Shown here: piece by piece, positions 1 to 13,205 of the stretch
Numbering within the stretch: the first letter of the stretch is position 1
How the letters are laid out: each line of letters opens with the position of its first letter
Assembly: GCA_038087875.1 (NCBI GenBank)
Contig: CM075988.1
Span: forward strand, 25,050,001 to 25,114,000
Source: Malacoraja senta
Taxonomy: Eukaryota
Direction: 5' to 3'
DNA length: 64,000 nucleotides
Program-made: the position numbers and the translations under genes
Notes under the pieces: model-generated
Database searches by the model: none
What the model saw: only the letters and a program-made list of their open reading frames with translations
Told to the model about the DNA's origin: nothing

Positions 1-395
1 TACAAAAAAAATGTTTTATTGGCGAAGGACATAAAATGCCCCATAACAATGAAACCTTTTTTCAAGCCATTCTTTATGCATCCTCTCGGTCGCAATGCAC
101 CTGCTTATAAGATTTAAACGCCAGTAGATTGTGCCAATTCCTTCACTAATCAGCCGCTCCATCACGTCGCCGGTTTTCGCTGCTCTACTTTGACATCAGC
201 AAGAATTATTCTTTCTAGAATGTTCTTAAAATGATAGCCCTTCAACATGCAGAGCTGGCAAAGTACTTGTAGGAAGATTATATTCATTTCAGTTTTTCTG
301 TTTAAAAACAAAAATATATATATATGCTAGAACAGAAATACATTTCAAAGTCCTTTATCCTCCCACAATAGTCCCATCATTATTCATGTCCGTCA

Positions 396-510
396 GTGAT
401 AGGAGCAGAAGTAGGCCGTTCAGCCCATCTAGTCTACTCCGCCATTCAATCATGGTTGATCTATTTCTCCCTCCTGACCCCATTCTCCGGCCTTCTCCCC
501 ATAACCCCTG
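396..510 (-). mobile_element. CR1 (HER1-type) LINE 3' terminal fragment
   Basis: Matches the CR1 3' end seen repeatedly in the window (taggccattc.gccc...ccgccattcaatcatggctgatc...ttctccccataacc). Confidence 0.8.
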
Positions 511-665
511 GTTATTGGTTGTATATCGGAACACTACTCATGGTCTGGAACCACAGTCAAGGTCGAAGGTTCTACCGGAATAATGAAAGGAGGGCAGATA
601 TTGGCCCTGGAAACCGAGGTGTCCAGAAGGCAGAAGGAATGAGAAAATGAGACAGGATTTGTTCA

Positions 666-870
666 AGGTAGGCAAAGGTGCTGGAGAAACTCAGCGGGTG
701 CAGCAGCATCTATGGAGCGAAGGAAATAGACAACGTTTCGGGCCGAAACCCTTCTTCAAGGAGTTTAGTCCAGAAGCATTTTTCTGCACAAAGGGTGGAG
801 ATTATCTATTCCTTTTCTCCACAGATGCTGTCTGACCAGCTGAGTTACTCCAGCTTTTTGTGTCTATTTT
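666..870. mobile_element. Penelope-like element terminal repeat, inverted pair
   Basis: tgctggagaaactcagcggg...gcagcatct arm, with a reverse-complement arm agatgctg...gctgagttactccagc; hammerhead-like core (C3 mutated) on the minus strand at ~732-759. Confidence 0.75.
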
Positions 871-3568
871 CAAGAAAATCTGGAGTCTGCTTCAGAAGCT
901 GCTGTTCTGAGCAATTTCAAAAGTCAGATGAATAGATATTTGATATCTATTACATTTAATAACAGATTAATAAATATTTGTTAGCAAAGGGTTGCAGAAA
1001 CTAGGAAGGTTGCTGAAACACAGATACAAGTCAGGCATATTAGAATAAACCCAGATCAGGATAGAACTATACCAATGTAATTGGTGGATAGGGCCCATAT
1101 TCTTATCGACTGGTCTTGTGTAACGGACCAGAGGGGTCAAATACTTCCTTCTGATCCTGAGCAACAGACAGTGACTGATCTCATTCTGCCATTGCCGTAG
1201 TCACCGACAGGCTGCATGTCCCGTGTATCAACCTTGGTTGCTGAATTTCTTCTTTGTTACCCAGCATAGCAGGTTCAAAGGGGCTGAATGGCCTCCCGTG
1301 CCTGTGCGATGAACTCGGTGCGGGTGAATGACTTCTTTCCTGTTCCAGTCTAGCAAGCCCGAAGCCGCTGAATGGCCAGTGTCCCACGCTACATTCCTTC
1401 TCCATTCCCTGGCGAGTCTTCAGGAGAGGAGAGAAAAAGGTGACAAAAAAAAATCTGCAATTTTTAGCCAAAGGCTGTCGCTTGTCTTTGTGAGGCCTAA
1501 AGACAAGGGCCAGCATTCCCTTTTATTGTCAAAACTTTCTCTCCACTTCGGCTGTAAGTGCTGAAAACAATGGGACTCGGGGAGAAATAAAGACCTGTTA
1601 GTCTGAGCCATCAGACAAATAATTCTTGCTTTCCTGAAACTTATTTTTAAAAACACATGAAAGAGAATTTTGATTTACAGTCCCCGGCACATGGTTCAAA
1701 GTTGAGGGTGACATGGTCTCCTGCGGGAATGGACAGAAAATCTCTTTAATCACAAAAGTAAGTGTGGGTAATGAAAGACAGCTTCTGTGACAAGCATGCT
1801 CATTGAGGCTATTCTTTGTGATACGCAGTGGAAGTGGTCTCTCTGAAGACCCCCTCTCCCCCTCTGTGTGGTGGTCTCTCTCCTCTTTGATCACATGTCC
1901 TCCTTGCTCATTCAGAGGTGCTGGTGCTTCAGAAGTGTATAGTGTTACTTCTCTTTTCCTAATAAAAGAAGCCATTATGCGCTTTCCATGGCCTCTGCAT
2001 GTATTCGTGTGTTCAGTAAATGGGTGTGCGAGTGAGTGTTATTGTTGCTTCAGTGTCTGTGAATGTGAACATTTCGGTATGTTTGACTGTCTACGCATGT
2101 CTGACTGTGTATATTTATCCACGACTCTGACTGGGTGCTGGTCTTGCATCTACGGGTCTGTCCATATTATAAGGAGAGCTATTGACAAGGATGGTGCTCG
2201 ACTACAAGAGAATACAAGGGGATCGACAAGTGGTGGATGAAATCGAATACAAAGAGAAAGCAGAGATTATAAAGGCTAAATGGAGCAGTTCTAAAGATTA
2301 TGCAGGAACAAAAGGGCACAGATATATATGTGCATACAATCTTTGCAAGTGGCACAATGCGTTGAGAGAACAGTTAGTAAGGCATATGGGATTCTGGATT
2401 TCATAAATAGACCCACACAATACAAAAGCAAGGGAGGTTATGTTGAAACCGTATAAAATACTGGTTAGGCCATGATTAGATAATTGCATCTAGTTCTGCT
2501 CATCACACAAAGGAATTTAATATGCACTTGAGGCTAAATAACTTGCATGGCATCGGGGGGGAAAGCATGGAAATGGAGCTGAATAGATTGTTTCATACAT
2601 GGAATCAAGGGGCCAAATGACCTCTTTCCCTGCCGTTACAATTCTGGGATCGTGGAAGTGTGAAATAGTGTGCGAGTCTGTAATATCTGTTTGTGTCAGC
2701 ACAATTGCATCTCTATGTATGCGAGTGTGAGAGTATGTTGTGTATGTGTGCGCGCGCATAGATTTATTAAAATAGGAACTGCTGCCAGCTAAAAGAATAG
2801 CTGCTTGAAGCTGGAGTCTTTGTTCCTGAAGGGTTATTCGAAGAGCATCTGCTTTCATGCCGGGTAGATGTCCTGTCTGCTGGATAAAGAGACAATGAGC
2901 TTCTGGATCATCAAGTAACACTGGGAGATTAAGATTTAATTACAGCTCAAGAGTATTACACCAACATTGGATTCTAGGATCAGGCCAAATCAATTCTTCA
3001 CTTCCTGCAGGGTTGTGTGTTAATGAACCATTGCTTTGATACTAGCTTTTATAATGCCAGGGTGGAAGCAGGGAGACCAGCAGGAGTTTCAAGACCAGGT
3101 CTGTCTGATTTCACTTGCACTCTGTTCCTGAACCCATCGGGTAAACAAGCAGCTTCCAGCACCGTCCATGAAAACTAACATTCCACGTGGAACTGAGCAC
3201 AAAGTTTCACTTTTCTTCCATTGTACAACAATGACAATTACTCAGTAAGGCCGAACTAACTACTGACCCCCTGAAATAGGCACTACATGTGGGCAAGGAA
3301 GAGCAAAGTCCTGAAAAAGCCCCCCCAGTTATTGAAAAGAAAGATTAGCTTTTAAAACAGGCTTTTCAAAATTCTTGCTCCAGACTTTGCTATTCCAACA
3401 CACTTCTTGCAGAATTCCACCTTCCCGCTTGCATAAACTCCAATTCATCCAATTTCTCTATATGTTCCTTAATCTGCACCACCCATTGTTCCTCTTTCCA
3501 CTTTACTAAACTGCTTGCTGGTCCTGCAGTGTTTCCGTTTGAAAATTCTTACAGAATGCCGTGGATGT

Positions 3569-3882
3569 CAGTGGGTGGTGAATCTGTGGAATTCTTTGCC
3601 ACAGGAGGCTGTGGAGGCCACAAGTCAGTGGATATTTTTTAGGCAGAGATAGATTGATTCTTGATTAGTACGGGTGGCAGAGGTTATGGGGAGAAGGCAG
3701 GAGAATGGGGTTAGGACAATGGACAATAGGTGCAGGAGTAGGCCATTCGGCCCTTCGAGCCAGCACCGCCATTCAATGTGATCATGGCTAGGAGGGAGAG
3801 ATAGATCAGCCGTGATTGAATGGCGGAGTAGACTTGATGGGCCGATAGGCCTAATTCTACTCCTATTCCTTATGACCTTATG
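3569..3882 (+). mobile_element. CR1 LINE 3' fragment containing a short inverted CR1 tail (~3714-3790)
   Basis: gtggtgaatctgtggaattc (VVNLWNSLP) followed by the CR1 3' UTR. Confidence 0.8.
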
Positions 3883-4135
3883 TAGCCCGGTCCATCACAC
3901 AGACCAGACTTCCAACCATTGACTCCATGGAAACTTCAGCATGGAAAAATAGCCATCATAATTAAAGACGTCCCACCCGATCATTCCTTCTTCTCCCCGC
4001 TCTCTCGCTCTCGAGGATAAGGTACAGTAGCTTGAAACCACTCATCGCCAGACTCAGGAACAGCTTCTTCCCCTCTGCCATCAGATTTCTGAATAGTCCT
4101 TACATAAGTTAGGGTATGGTCCAATTCACCTCTAC
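3883..4135 (+). mobile_element. Rex1/Babar-type LINE 3' fragment (degenerate)
   Basis: Similar to the copy at 33567-34022 (ccatcacacagaccagacttccaaccattgactcc...agactcaggaacagcttcttccc). Confidence 0.65.
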
Positions 4136-4193
4136 ACTGTAAACTCTGGCCAGACCTCTCAACATTTTGAGATCAGATAAAAAGTTAAAACCA

Positions 4194-4480
4194 GGGTGGC
4201 ACAGTGGCATAGTTGCTGCCTTACAGAGCCAGAGACCCCAGGTTCGATCCCGACTATGGGTACTGCCTCCATGGAGTTTACATGTTCTCCCTGTGACCGT
4301 GTGGGTTTTCTCCAGGTGCTTTGGTTTCCTCACACATTCCAAAGACGTACAGGTTTGTTGGTTAATTTCTGTCTGTAAATTGTCCCCAGTGCGTAGGATA
4401 GAACTGGTGTATGGGGATCGCAGGTTGGCATGGACCAAATGGCCTGTTTTCACGCTGCATCTTTAAACTAAACAAAACTA
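4194..4480 (+). mobile_element. V-SINE (HE1-type tRNA-derived SINE)
   Basis: tRNA-like head with A box and B box (ggttcgatccc), V-domain (ggagttt.catgttctccctgtgacc...ggtttcctc.cacattccaaagac), CR1-like tail ending (ctaaa)n. Confidence 0.85.
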
Positions 4481-6029
4481 GACCTCTTTGGTTATAAACA
4501 AATCTTTCAAATTTCAGGATAAATCGGCATAGTCATCATCCAGGAAAATCCTGGCCCTTTGCTATAATAAGTAGAGATACAGCGAGCAAGGAAATCCTCA
4601 TCTAGAATTCATGCTCAGTCACAAGGACTATGTTTTCTAAGAAGGACACCGAAGCTTCAGATGCAGCAGTCTGTTGATCTAAAGGTGCAGGGGAAAGGAC
4701 TCCACTTAGAGACGAGGGGCCAGAGAGGTTGAGACTGTTCTCAGTAGAGAAGAGTCATTAAGATGAGGTTTAATAAAGGTGTCCAAAATTGTGAGGAGTT
4801 TTGACAAACTAGACTGGGGAAATTGTTCTTATATAACCAGAGTGCACAGATTAAGTTAATTGGCAAAAGTGTATGACGGCAGATTTTCTATTTTAGTCAG
4901 CATGAGATTTTGATTTGGAATGTTGCACAGATATAATAATATTACAAAAGGAAATAGACAGAAATGGAAGAACAAAAATTCTGCACAAAAATAGCAAATC
5001 AGCAGATTTTTCAGCAAGGCTAATTGATGGTTCGACCAAAAAACCCAGAAAGTGTTGGAGTAAGTCAGCGGGTCAGGCAGCATCTCAGGAGAACATGGAT
5101 AGGTGACGTTTCGGGTTAGGACATTTCCTCTGACTGATTGTAGTGGGGGAAGAAAGCTGGAAGAGAGGTGGGGGCAGGACAAAGCTGGGCAAGTCTAATT
5201 GATATATAATTTAATGGTTCTCTTCATTGTAGCTCAAGCATGGAACACAAAGTCCAAAGAGTATCTCAGAGTGTCAGCAAATACCTTGAAGACTTAGTTG
5301 GGCGATATTTTGGTTCGGGATCATTCTTCAGTCTGAAACATCACCCGTTCCTTCTCTCCAGAGATGCTGCCTGTCCCCCTGAGTTACTCCAGCATTTTGT
5401 GTCTCTCTTCGGTTTAAACCAGCATCTGCAGTTCCTTCCTACACACTAGTAATTATACTAATTCTGTTCAGATATTATTTTAGTGAATCTCTGTTGTCTT
5501 TTCACTGGTGCTTCTGTTTTTCCTGATATGGAGACCAGAATTTACCCAACATTGTTCTATGCAAGTTTGGCAATACTTCTGCTTCCAGTTCTATCCCAAG
5601 AGTCCCTGGATTGAAATAACGGGGGAAGACTTTGTGGGTCAATTAAGCATTGAGGGAAGAGGAAAACTGCCTACCAGAAGGACTGAGATAAATATTCCTG
5701 CAGTGTATTGATTATATAATTTTGGACGAGTGTAGTGTTGTATGCCGAGTGATTTGATTTGTAAACCATTGGAGGTCAAGCACTTTGCAATTGATCTGCA
5801 GTAGTTCTCTTAGAACTGCAAATCATCTAGAATTGCAGTCAACAAAAAGTTTACATCTAAAACGGTAGCTACTAGTAGGTAAATCAGGCAGAATTTATTT
5901 TTAAGCCTTTAATAACAGCAATACATTGAACAATAAATGGCCAGCTTCCATTCCCACATGGAGGCTTCAGGCAGAAACCTGTCTTTGATTCTCTTCCACC
6001 ATGCCACTTCTGCCATGCCACCATGCTTC

Positions 6030-6130
6030 CTCTTATCAAGTCCACACACAAGATTAGAAGTTGTTCAGCCAGAGCTGCATACAATGGTGTCTGTCTTGTG
6101 CGTGGTGGTGGAAAGATTGGTGGAAACAGG
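6030..6130 (-). mobile_element. Short retroposon 3' end, (AAG)n-tailed family, internally deleted copy
   Basis: Near-identical to 14864-15041 apart from two deletions. Confidence 0.6.
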
Positions 6131-6372
6131 GACAAATCAAGGACAATGTAGAATAGATCATTGTTAGTTGGGAGAAGGTAACAACAAAGCAAACAGACAA
6201 AATATAGTCGGAGACAGTAAGATTGGTCGGAGAACTGGGATGGGAAGTAGGGATGGAGAGAGAGGGAAAGCAAAGGCTACTTGAAGTTAGAGAAGTCAAT
6301 GTTCATACCGCTGGGGTATAAGCTGCCCATGTTTGGATTAACTCAGCGGGACAGGCAGCATCTCTGGAGAGA
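6130..6372 (-). mobile_element. Penelope-like element: ORF C-terminus and 3' UTR
   Basis: Minus strand ~6330-6277 reads GSLYPSGMNIDFSNFK*, resembling the end of a PLE GIY-YIG ORF; the UTR matches 56580-56810. Confidence 0.75.
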
Positions 6373-7344
6373 AATTTACAGTGCAGATGGAGGCCACTTG
6401 GCCCATCAGGCTTGTGCTGGCACTGTGAAAGAGCAGTTGTTTCATCCGTCACTGTTAAGTTCCTCATTGCCAAAATATCTATTCTACTCCCAAAATCCAT
6501 TACTTCTAATTGAAGTAAACAAGATGAATATACTCTGGCCAGTATTAAGTTACAATCAAGAAAAATGCATTGTGTATGTTAGAGGAAAAGAATTAAACAT
6601 CCACAGATAGGTACAGATGAATCAAATAACTACCTCTCTCTGCCCAACCAAGTGATTTCAATTTACAATTGATTACATTTTTCCATTTGCTGTATCGAGG
6701 AACCTTTGACTTCTTTAAGGGAAGATTGCCAGTCTTTAGACTTACTGCACTGCGGCAGTCCCTTTGGCCACCGAGTCCGCGCCAACCAGGGATCAACCAG
6801 GGTACATTAACACTATCCTACACTCTAGGGACAATTGACATTTTTTTACTGGTCAATTCACCTATAAACCTGCACGTCTTTGGAGTCCACTGTCACGAAA
6901 GCCAAAGGAATTTCATAATCAGAGTGGCGAGCAGTCGCGATTTTGTCAGAGATGGATCTTGTTGTCGTCTTGATGTCAAGCACTAAGAGGGAGGGATGAT
7001 GGATCATCAACTACATTGGCAAACGCTCAAGACCCAGAACGACCTTGGCATTCACTGTTTCAATTTTCCTCTTGCACTTTAAACCATTATATTTGGATTT
7101 ACACCGAATACTCAGAGTTTACAGCACAGAAGCAAGTCCAAGTGATCCATTGTTAATCCGCAGCAGCCTCGTATCACCCCAGCAATATACCAACCAGTCT
7201 ATTCTCCGCCATGCACATAGCAACCTACTCAAATATTCCTCCTCTAATGTGCTTCTTGCCATGTCCTGATAATTTTAATCTTCCTCCAGGATTTAGTAAT
7301 GCCCATCTGATTTTTTCCAACCCCTATCTTGATACTCAAATATA

Positions 7345-7672
7345 CTCTTCTCTCCTCTCCCATCAGGCAAGAAATACAGAAGTGTGAAAACGCACACCTC
7401 CAGATTCAGGGACAGTTTCTTCCCAGCTGTTATCAGGCAACTGAATCATCCCACCACAACCAGAGAGCAATGCTGAAACACTATCTACCTCTTTGATGAC
7501 CCTCGGACTATCCTTGATCAGACTTTACCTTGCACTAAACGATATTCCCCAATCATGTATCTATACACTGTAAATGTCTCGATTGTAATCATGTATTGTC
7601 TTTCTGCTGACTGGATAGCACGCAACAAAAAGCTTTTCACTGCACCTCGGTACACGTGACAATGAACTAACT
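7345..7672 (+). mobile_element. Rex1/Babar-type LINE 3' end
   Basis: Encodes SPLPSGKKYRSVKTHTSRFRDSFFPAVIRQLN; the 3' UTR ends ttttcactgcacctcggtacacgtgacaat. Confidence 0.8.
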
Positions 7673-9169
7673 GTAATTACAAATATCGCTACATCTATCC
7701 TACGAACTTTCTACAATCAAGCGTTAATCTTTTCTTGCAAGAAGATATCAAATCCATTCAGTCTTTCCTAATAACAAATAGTTCTAAGTTCACCTTTATT
7801 TATTTTATGCACCTTCTCCAGTAACCTCTCTTTCTGTTCTAATTTATATTGCAGCTTTGCATAAAGACCTCTCAAAGCAATTGTTTAAACAGTAAGCTAC
7901 TTTGAAGTACAGTGAAGTGTACTTGCCTTGATAAATATGATAACTATTCTTTGGCAGCAAACTCCCACAGCTATCAGTGTGTGACAACTGGATTTACATT
8001 AAATTGATATTGCCAGATGCAAATTTTTTTTGATTATGTTTCTCAGTACCATAACCCTGATTGTACTATAACCGCACCTGCATATAAATCATACCCCCAC
8101 AAATACAACACATACATCATGTCTTAAGGTAATTTAGCCACATCCCATTGTTGCAGATAACATAGTGTGGTAATTTGTAAGGTTAGTGATTAGCAGCTTG
8201 GTGAAGCGGATGCGATCATCGTAGATAGCCCCCCAAAACACCAAATAGAATCTTCCGGATAATCCCATGCAATAAAACCACAATTGAAGTTTCTAGTCAT
8301 CTTGAGTCAGTGAATCTAATTATCAGAATTTGGAACTGGAGAATCTGATCCCAAATAATACAGCTGGAGATGTCAGTCATTGGCTGAAAATGGACTGACA
8401 GATTTTAAAAATAATTGCTTTTGGGATACATGAATTTGAAATAACAGCAGGAGCCACTTCAGCCCATCACACCCATGCTATCCTTTCCAGGTAGAATTAC
8501 TCCACTGAATTTAAGAGTGTTCTTGACAAGTCCCAGTCCACTATCTACAACTGGATAGACTAACCGGCACAGAATATTCATTCAACATTGAGATACTAAG
8601 TTAGTCACCAGTGACCTTCCTACATTCCAGAACTACCAACCATTGCTGTTCCAGGGTTGAATCCCACCATCTTGTTAAATCTCTTCTCAAAACCTTCTTC
8701 AATCCACCGTTTCAAGTTTCCTTTTTGCACTTTAAACTCACCATTGAATTTGGATTTACACCAAAATACAACTGGAGATCTTAAAACCAACCATGGTCAT
8801 CTCGTCAACTCTTCCCCCAACTCCATGCTCACCGTTCATTCACTGTCTGCTTCCAACTTCACAACAATGTCTTTGGAGCAGCACGCACTGCGTTGATGGT
8901 TAGACACTTTGAGATTCCCAACAGTCAGGCTTGTTGCTCTTAATGCAGACTGCTGCTGATGGTTTTATAAACACTATGGTTGTAGGTCCTCAACTATAAT
9001 ATGCTCTGATCTGCAGGTGTTGATTTCTCAGTGGCACCAGCTGCTCTCCAAGTGGCATTCCTCAAGTACCAGTCTAGCTAATCTCTTCACAGTGATCAGC
9101 CACAGGTCTGGCCCAACTGATAGTGTCAATAGAGATGAATAACGATAGGAGCAGGTATTGTGGAGAGTT

Positions 9170-9726
9170 AGAAACACGGAAACATAGAAAATAGGTGCAG
9201 GAGTAGGCCATTCGGCCCTTCGAGCCTGCACCGCCATTCAATATGATCATGGCTGATCATCCAACTCAGTATCCTGTACCTGCCTTCTCTCCATACCTCC
9301 TGATCCCTTTAGCCACAAGGGCCACATCTAACTCCCTCTTAAATATAGCCAATGAACTGGCCTCAACTACTTTTAGTGGCAGAGAATTGCACAGATTCAC
9401 CACTCTCTGTGTGAAAAAAAAAGTTCTCATCTCGGTCCTAAAAGACTTCCTCCTTATCCTTAAACTGTGACCCCTTGTTTTGGACTTCCCCAACATCGGG
9501 AACAATCTTCCTGCATCTAGCCTGTCCAACCCCTTAAGAATTTTGTACGTTTCTATAAGATCCCCCCTCAATCTTCTAAATTCTAGCGAGTACAAGCTGA
9601 GTCTATCCAGTCTTTCTTCATATGAAAGTCCTGCCATCCCAGGAATCAGTCTGGTGAACCTACTCTGTACTCCCTCTATGGCAAGAATGTCTTTCCTCAG
9701 ATTAGGAGACCAAAACTGTACGCAAT
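9170..9726 (-). mobile_element. CR1 (HER1-type) LINE, 5'-truncated, ORF2 C-terminus
   Basis: ORF 9266-9637 MAGLSYEERLDRL...RRLRGDLIETYKI...RVVNL; (tttctatg)n tail. Confidence 0.95.
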
Positions 9727-10243
9727 AGTTGAAGCACGAGGTTAAAACTCACTTGCTGAAAATGAACCTGAAGGTGACAGAAGCAACGTAAGGATTAGTG
9801 ATGGGTAGAAGCAGCAGCTACAGACCATTTGGAGTAAATAGCTTGTTCCAATGATGCATATTCCATGCAAAAACTGAGTTAATGTTGGGGCAATAGATAT
9901 TGGCAACCAACTAGACAGCAATACGGTTCAAAGATAGTCCACAACTGAGATAAGTCTAGATTGGAGAGAAGCTTTGCACCACCTACTGCTGGTTAAAAAT
10001 ACAAAAAATGACAGAGTGCTGGAGTATCTGAGTGGATTAGGCAGCAACTTTGGAGAACGTGGATACATTTCAGTTTGGGACACTTCTTCAGACCTCAGTT
10101 TAAAAAACGTTGTAATTTTAAATTTAAATCCCAATTTTAAAATGTAAATATGAACAAAGATCACGAACGTGCATAATCTGCCCATCAGCAAAGACGAGCT
10201 ATTTGAGGTCATCGTAAAGGATTGTAGACTCGTCGAGTAGGGA

Positions 10244-10772
10244 AGACAATAGACAATAGGTGCAGGAGTAGGCCATTCGGCCCTTCGAGCCAGCACTGCC
10301 ATTCAATGTGATCATGGCTGATCATCCCCAATCAGTACCCCGTTCCTGCCTTCTCCCCATATCCCCTGAGTCCGCTATCTTTAAGAGCCCTATCTAGCTC
10401 TCTCTTGAAAGCATCCAGAGAACCGACCTTCACCGCCCTCTGAGGCAGAGAATTCCACAGACTCACAACTCTCTGTGAGAAAAAGTGTGTCCTCGTCTCC
10501 GTTCTAAATGGCTTACTCCTTATTCTTAAACTGTGGCCCCTGGTTCTGGACTCCCCCAACATCGGGAACATGTTTCCTGCCTCAAGTGTGTCCAAACCCT
10601 TAACAATCTTATATGTTTCAATAAGATCCCCTCTCATCCTTCTAAACTCCAGAGTGTACAAGCCCAGCCGCTCCATTCTCTCAGCATATGACAGTCCCGC
10701 CATCCCGGGAATTAACCTTGTAAACCTACGCTGCACTCCCTCAATAGCAGGAATGTCGTTCCTCAAATTAGG
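10244..10772 (-). mobile_element. CR1 LINE, 5'-truncated, ORF2 C-terminus
   Basis: AIEGVQRRFTRLIPGMAGLSY...RRMRGDLIETYKI...RVVSLWNSLP; (tattgtc)n tail. Confidence 0.95.
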
Positions 10773-11769
10773 AGAGTGGGAGACTAAAGAGAAAGCCAGC
10801 ATGAGATGAAGAGAATGACGGAAGAGACAGCCAGCGTGTAGCGGAGGTGAGACTGGGAGAGGAAAATGAAATGAGGCAGAGAAAGTAGAAGGGGCGAGGT
10901 ATGAAGCAAGAAGCAAAAAGCAAAAGCAAAAGAGGGAAAGGTTGAATAAAATAAAGAAATAAAGTGCTGGGAATAAAGAAAGAGCGACTACCATTGTGAA
11001 CTAAATGAGTTTGTAAAACCATAAACAAAAATAAAAAGAGAAAATGCAGCAAGTCTGTCTGTCTGTGGAGAGAAATGAGATGTTATGACTGTCTGTCAAA
11101 GCCCATGTCTTCTCGTTTCAGTTTTCCGTGCTTTTCTTGTTTCTTGAGCTTTCTTTTCATGTTCCAGGCTCGTCAGTTTGTCTTTATCTTTCACCCGAGT
11201 AGAGAGGGAAGGGCTGGAATATGGCATTCTTTGTCTCGCTAACCCTGTGATAACCACTTCTGTTGGGGTCACCATTGCCTTCAGCTTTGAACAAGCTCCG
11301 GTTCCTCCTGTAACATTCTGTATTTCCTGTGGACATTCACGGCCAGCTGAATGAAGGCAGTGTAAACTAAGCATTACTTAATCATATTTTGATTACAATA
11401 TAAATAAAACAAAATTATGATGTATTTAATATTTCAGTGCCAAGAACGATAGTCGTGCAGTTAGCTTGTGCCAATAATGGAATTTTAAATGGGTTTATAC
11501 CTCCAACAAAATTTCAGATGCGAATAGTACACAAACACATTCTTTGCAGGGTTCATATGAGGTCTCGATCGTAAGTCATTTGGGTTTCTTTCTTAAAAGG
11601 GCAATGTTTTTGTGAAAATTCCAGTGACAAAAATAATTTGTGCTGCTTCATTTTCTGCCTCTTTCCCTTAAATATGTCAAATTATTTTTCACGAGGGCAC
11701 TCCATTTTCAGAGCTTCATATCCAATACCAAGTACCCAAAATGAAACTTCTATTAAATATTTCAACCAA

Positions 11770-11862
11770 ACAATGTACAGACAGCACCCGTAGTCGGGAT
11801 CGAACCCGAGTCTCTGGCACTGTGAGGCAGCAACTCTGCCGCTGCACCACCACCATGCCACC
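11770..11862 (-). mobile_element. V-SINE 5' (tRNA-related) fragment
   Basis: acagacagcacccgtagtcgggatcgaaccc...cagcaactct matches the other copies. Confidence 0.8.
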
Positions 11863-12714
11863 CTACAGTAACAAGAGGATTGGAACTGGATGTAAGGCAT
11901 ATGTCGGAGGAACTTCGGCCTCCCAACATGTCTGCTCGTCCATCGGTAGATGCCAGAGTGTGGCAGAGTTTGGGACAATGGCATTGGGGTAGAGCTGCGA
12001 TGCCACAGCCCTTGCAGAAAGTGCCACTGTTTTGGGTGAGGAACGGAACAGAACATACTAAGTGAATGCCAAGAACTTGGGTAGTGGTGCAGGAGCTGGA
12101 AAAGATAGCAGGACATTTTATCAAAACCAGCTAACAGGCAACAAGGAACGGATCAGAATGGGCATACACACAATAAAATGGAAATCCCAACCCAACAAAA
12201 ATAAACCGAACCTCCAAGCAATTATATCAAAATACAAAAGTCTACTGTTGAAAATGCACAACGTCCCAGTCTAATGCATCAAATTTCATAAAATACAATC
12301 TTGGGACAAACAAATATTGGCAAGCATCCAGCATATCGCAATCGAGCTACACCATAATACTCCGACAATCTGATCAGAATTCATTCCACTACCAAATTAT
12401 AGCAAATAAAATACTGTAACTGTAACATTAATTCTGCTGCAAACTTATCAAAACTTCAGGGCAAATCAACATGATTGTTGGATACAATGACAAATAACTG
12501 AAGCAGAACCCCGTACAAATTAAACAATTATACTGGAAAAAAAAGGCCAGACATCTCCAAAATAAGCCATCAGCAAATATCTCCGCAAACTCCACAGAAA
12601 TGCAGCAACAAGCCAACGTATAGTTTAAAAAATGTTGAACGAATAAACCACATGATTTGAACTGTGGGAGTGCTTCATATGCACGTTTGTGCCCATGAAG
12701 AAATGGTGTTCATA

Positions 12715-13205
12715 AAAGAACAAGACAAGTGCAGTGAAGATGTATCAGGTTGTTGCCAGGACTTGAGGGCCTGAGCTATACGGAATGGTTGGGTAGAATA
12801 GGACTTTACTCCTTGGAGTGTAGGAGGCTGAAGGGTGATCTTATAGAGGTGAATAAAATCATGAGGGAATAGAAAGGATGAACGCACTGAGTCTTTTACC
12901 CAAGGTAGGGGAATGAAGAACCAGTGGGTTTAAGGTGAGAGGGGAAAGATTTAATTGGAATCCAAGAGGCAACTTTTTCACACGGAGGGTGATGGATATA
13001 CAAAACGAGATGCCAGAGGAGATATTTGAGACGGGTACTATACAACATAAAAAAAACCACACTTGAACAGGTACATGGATAGGAAGGTTTAGATGGATGT
13101 GGGCCAAATGCAATCAGATGGAACAAACTTAGATGGAGCATTTTGGCTGGTGTCGGCAAATTGGGCCGAAGAGCCTGTTTCCATACTGTATAACTCTATG
13201 GCTCT
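12715..13205 (+). mobile_element. CR1 LINE 3' fragment (subfamily sharing its tail with the V-SINE)
   Basis: aggctgaagggtgatcttatagagg (RL.GDLIE); ends gggccgaagagcctgtttcca..ctgtat, like the SINE tail. Confidence 0.85.

Noticed and set aside
4194..4270. tRNA genes
   Set aside because: The A/B-box sequences are SINE heads followed by a V-domain, with no complete cloverleaf.
11096..11330. Minus-strand Lys/Glu-rich ORF as a terminal exon
   Set aside because: Weak acceptor, no recognisable homology, no supporting exon chain.
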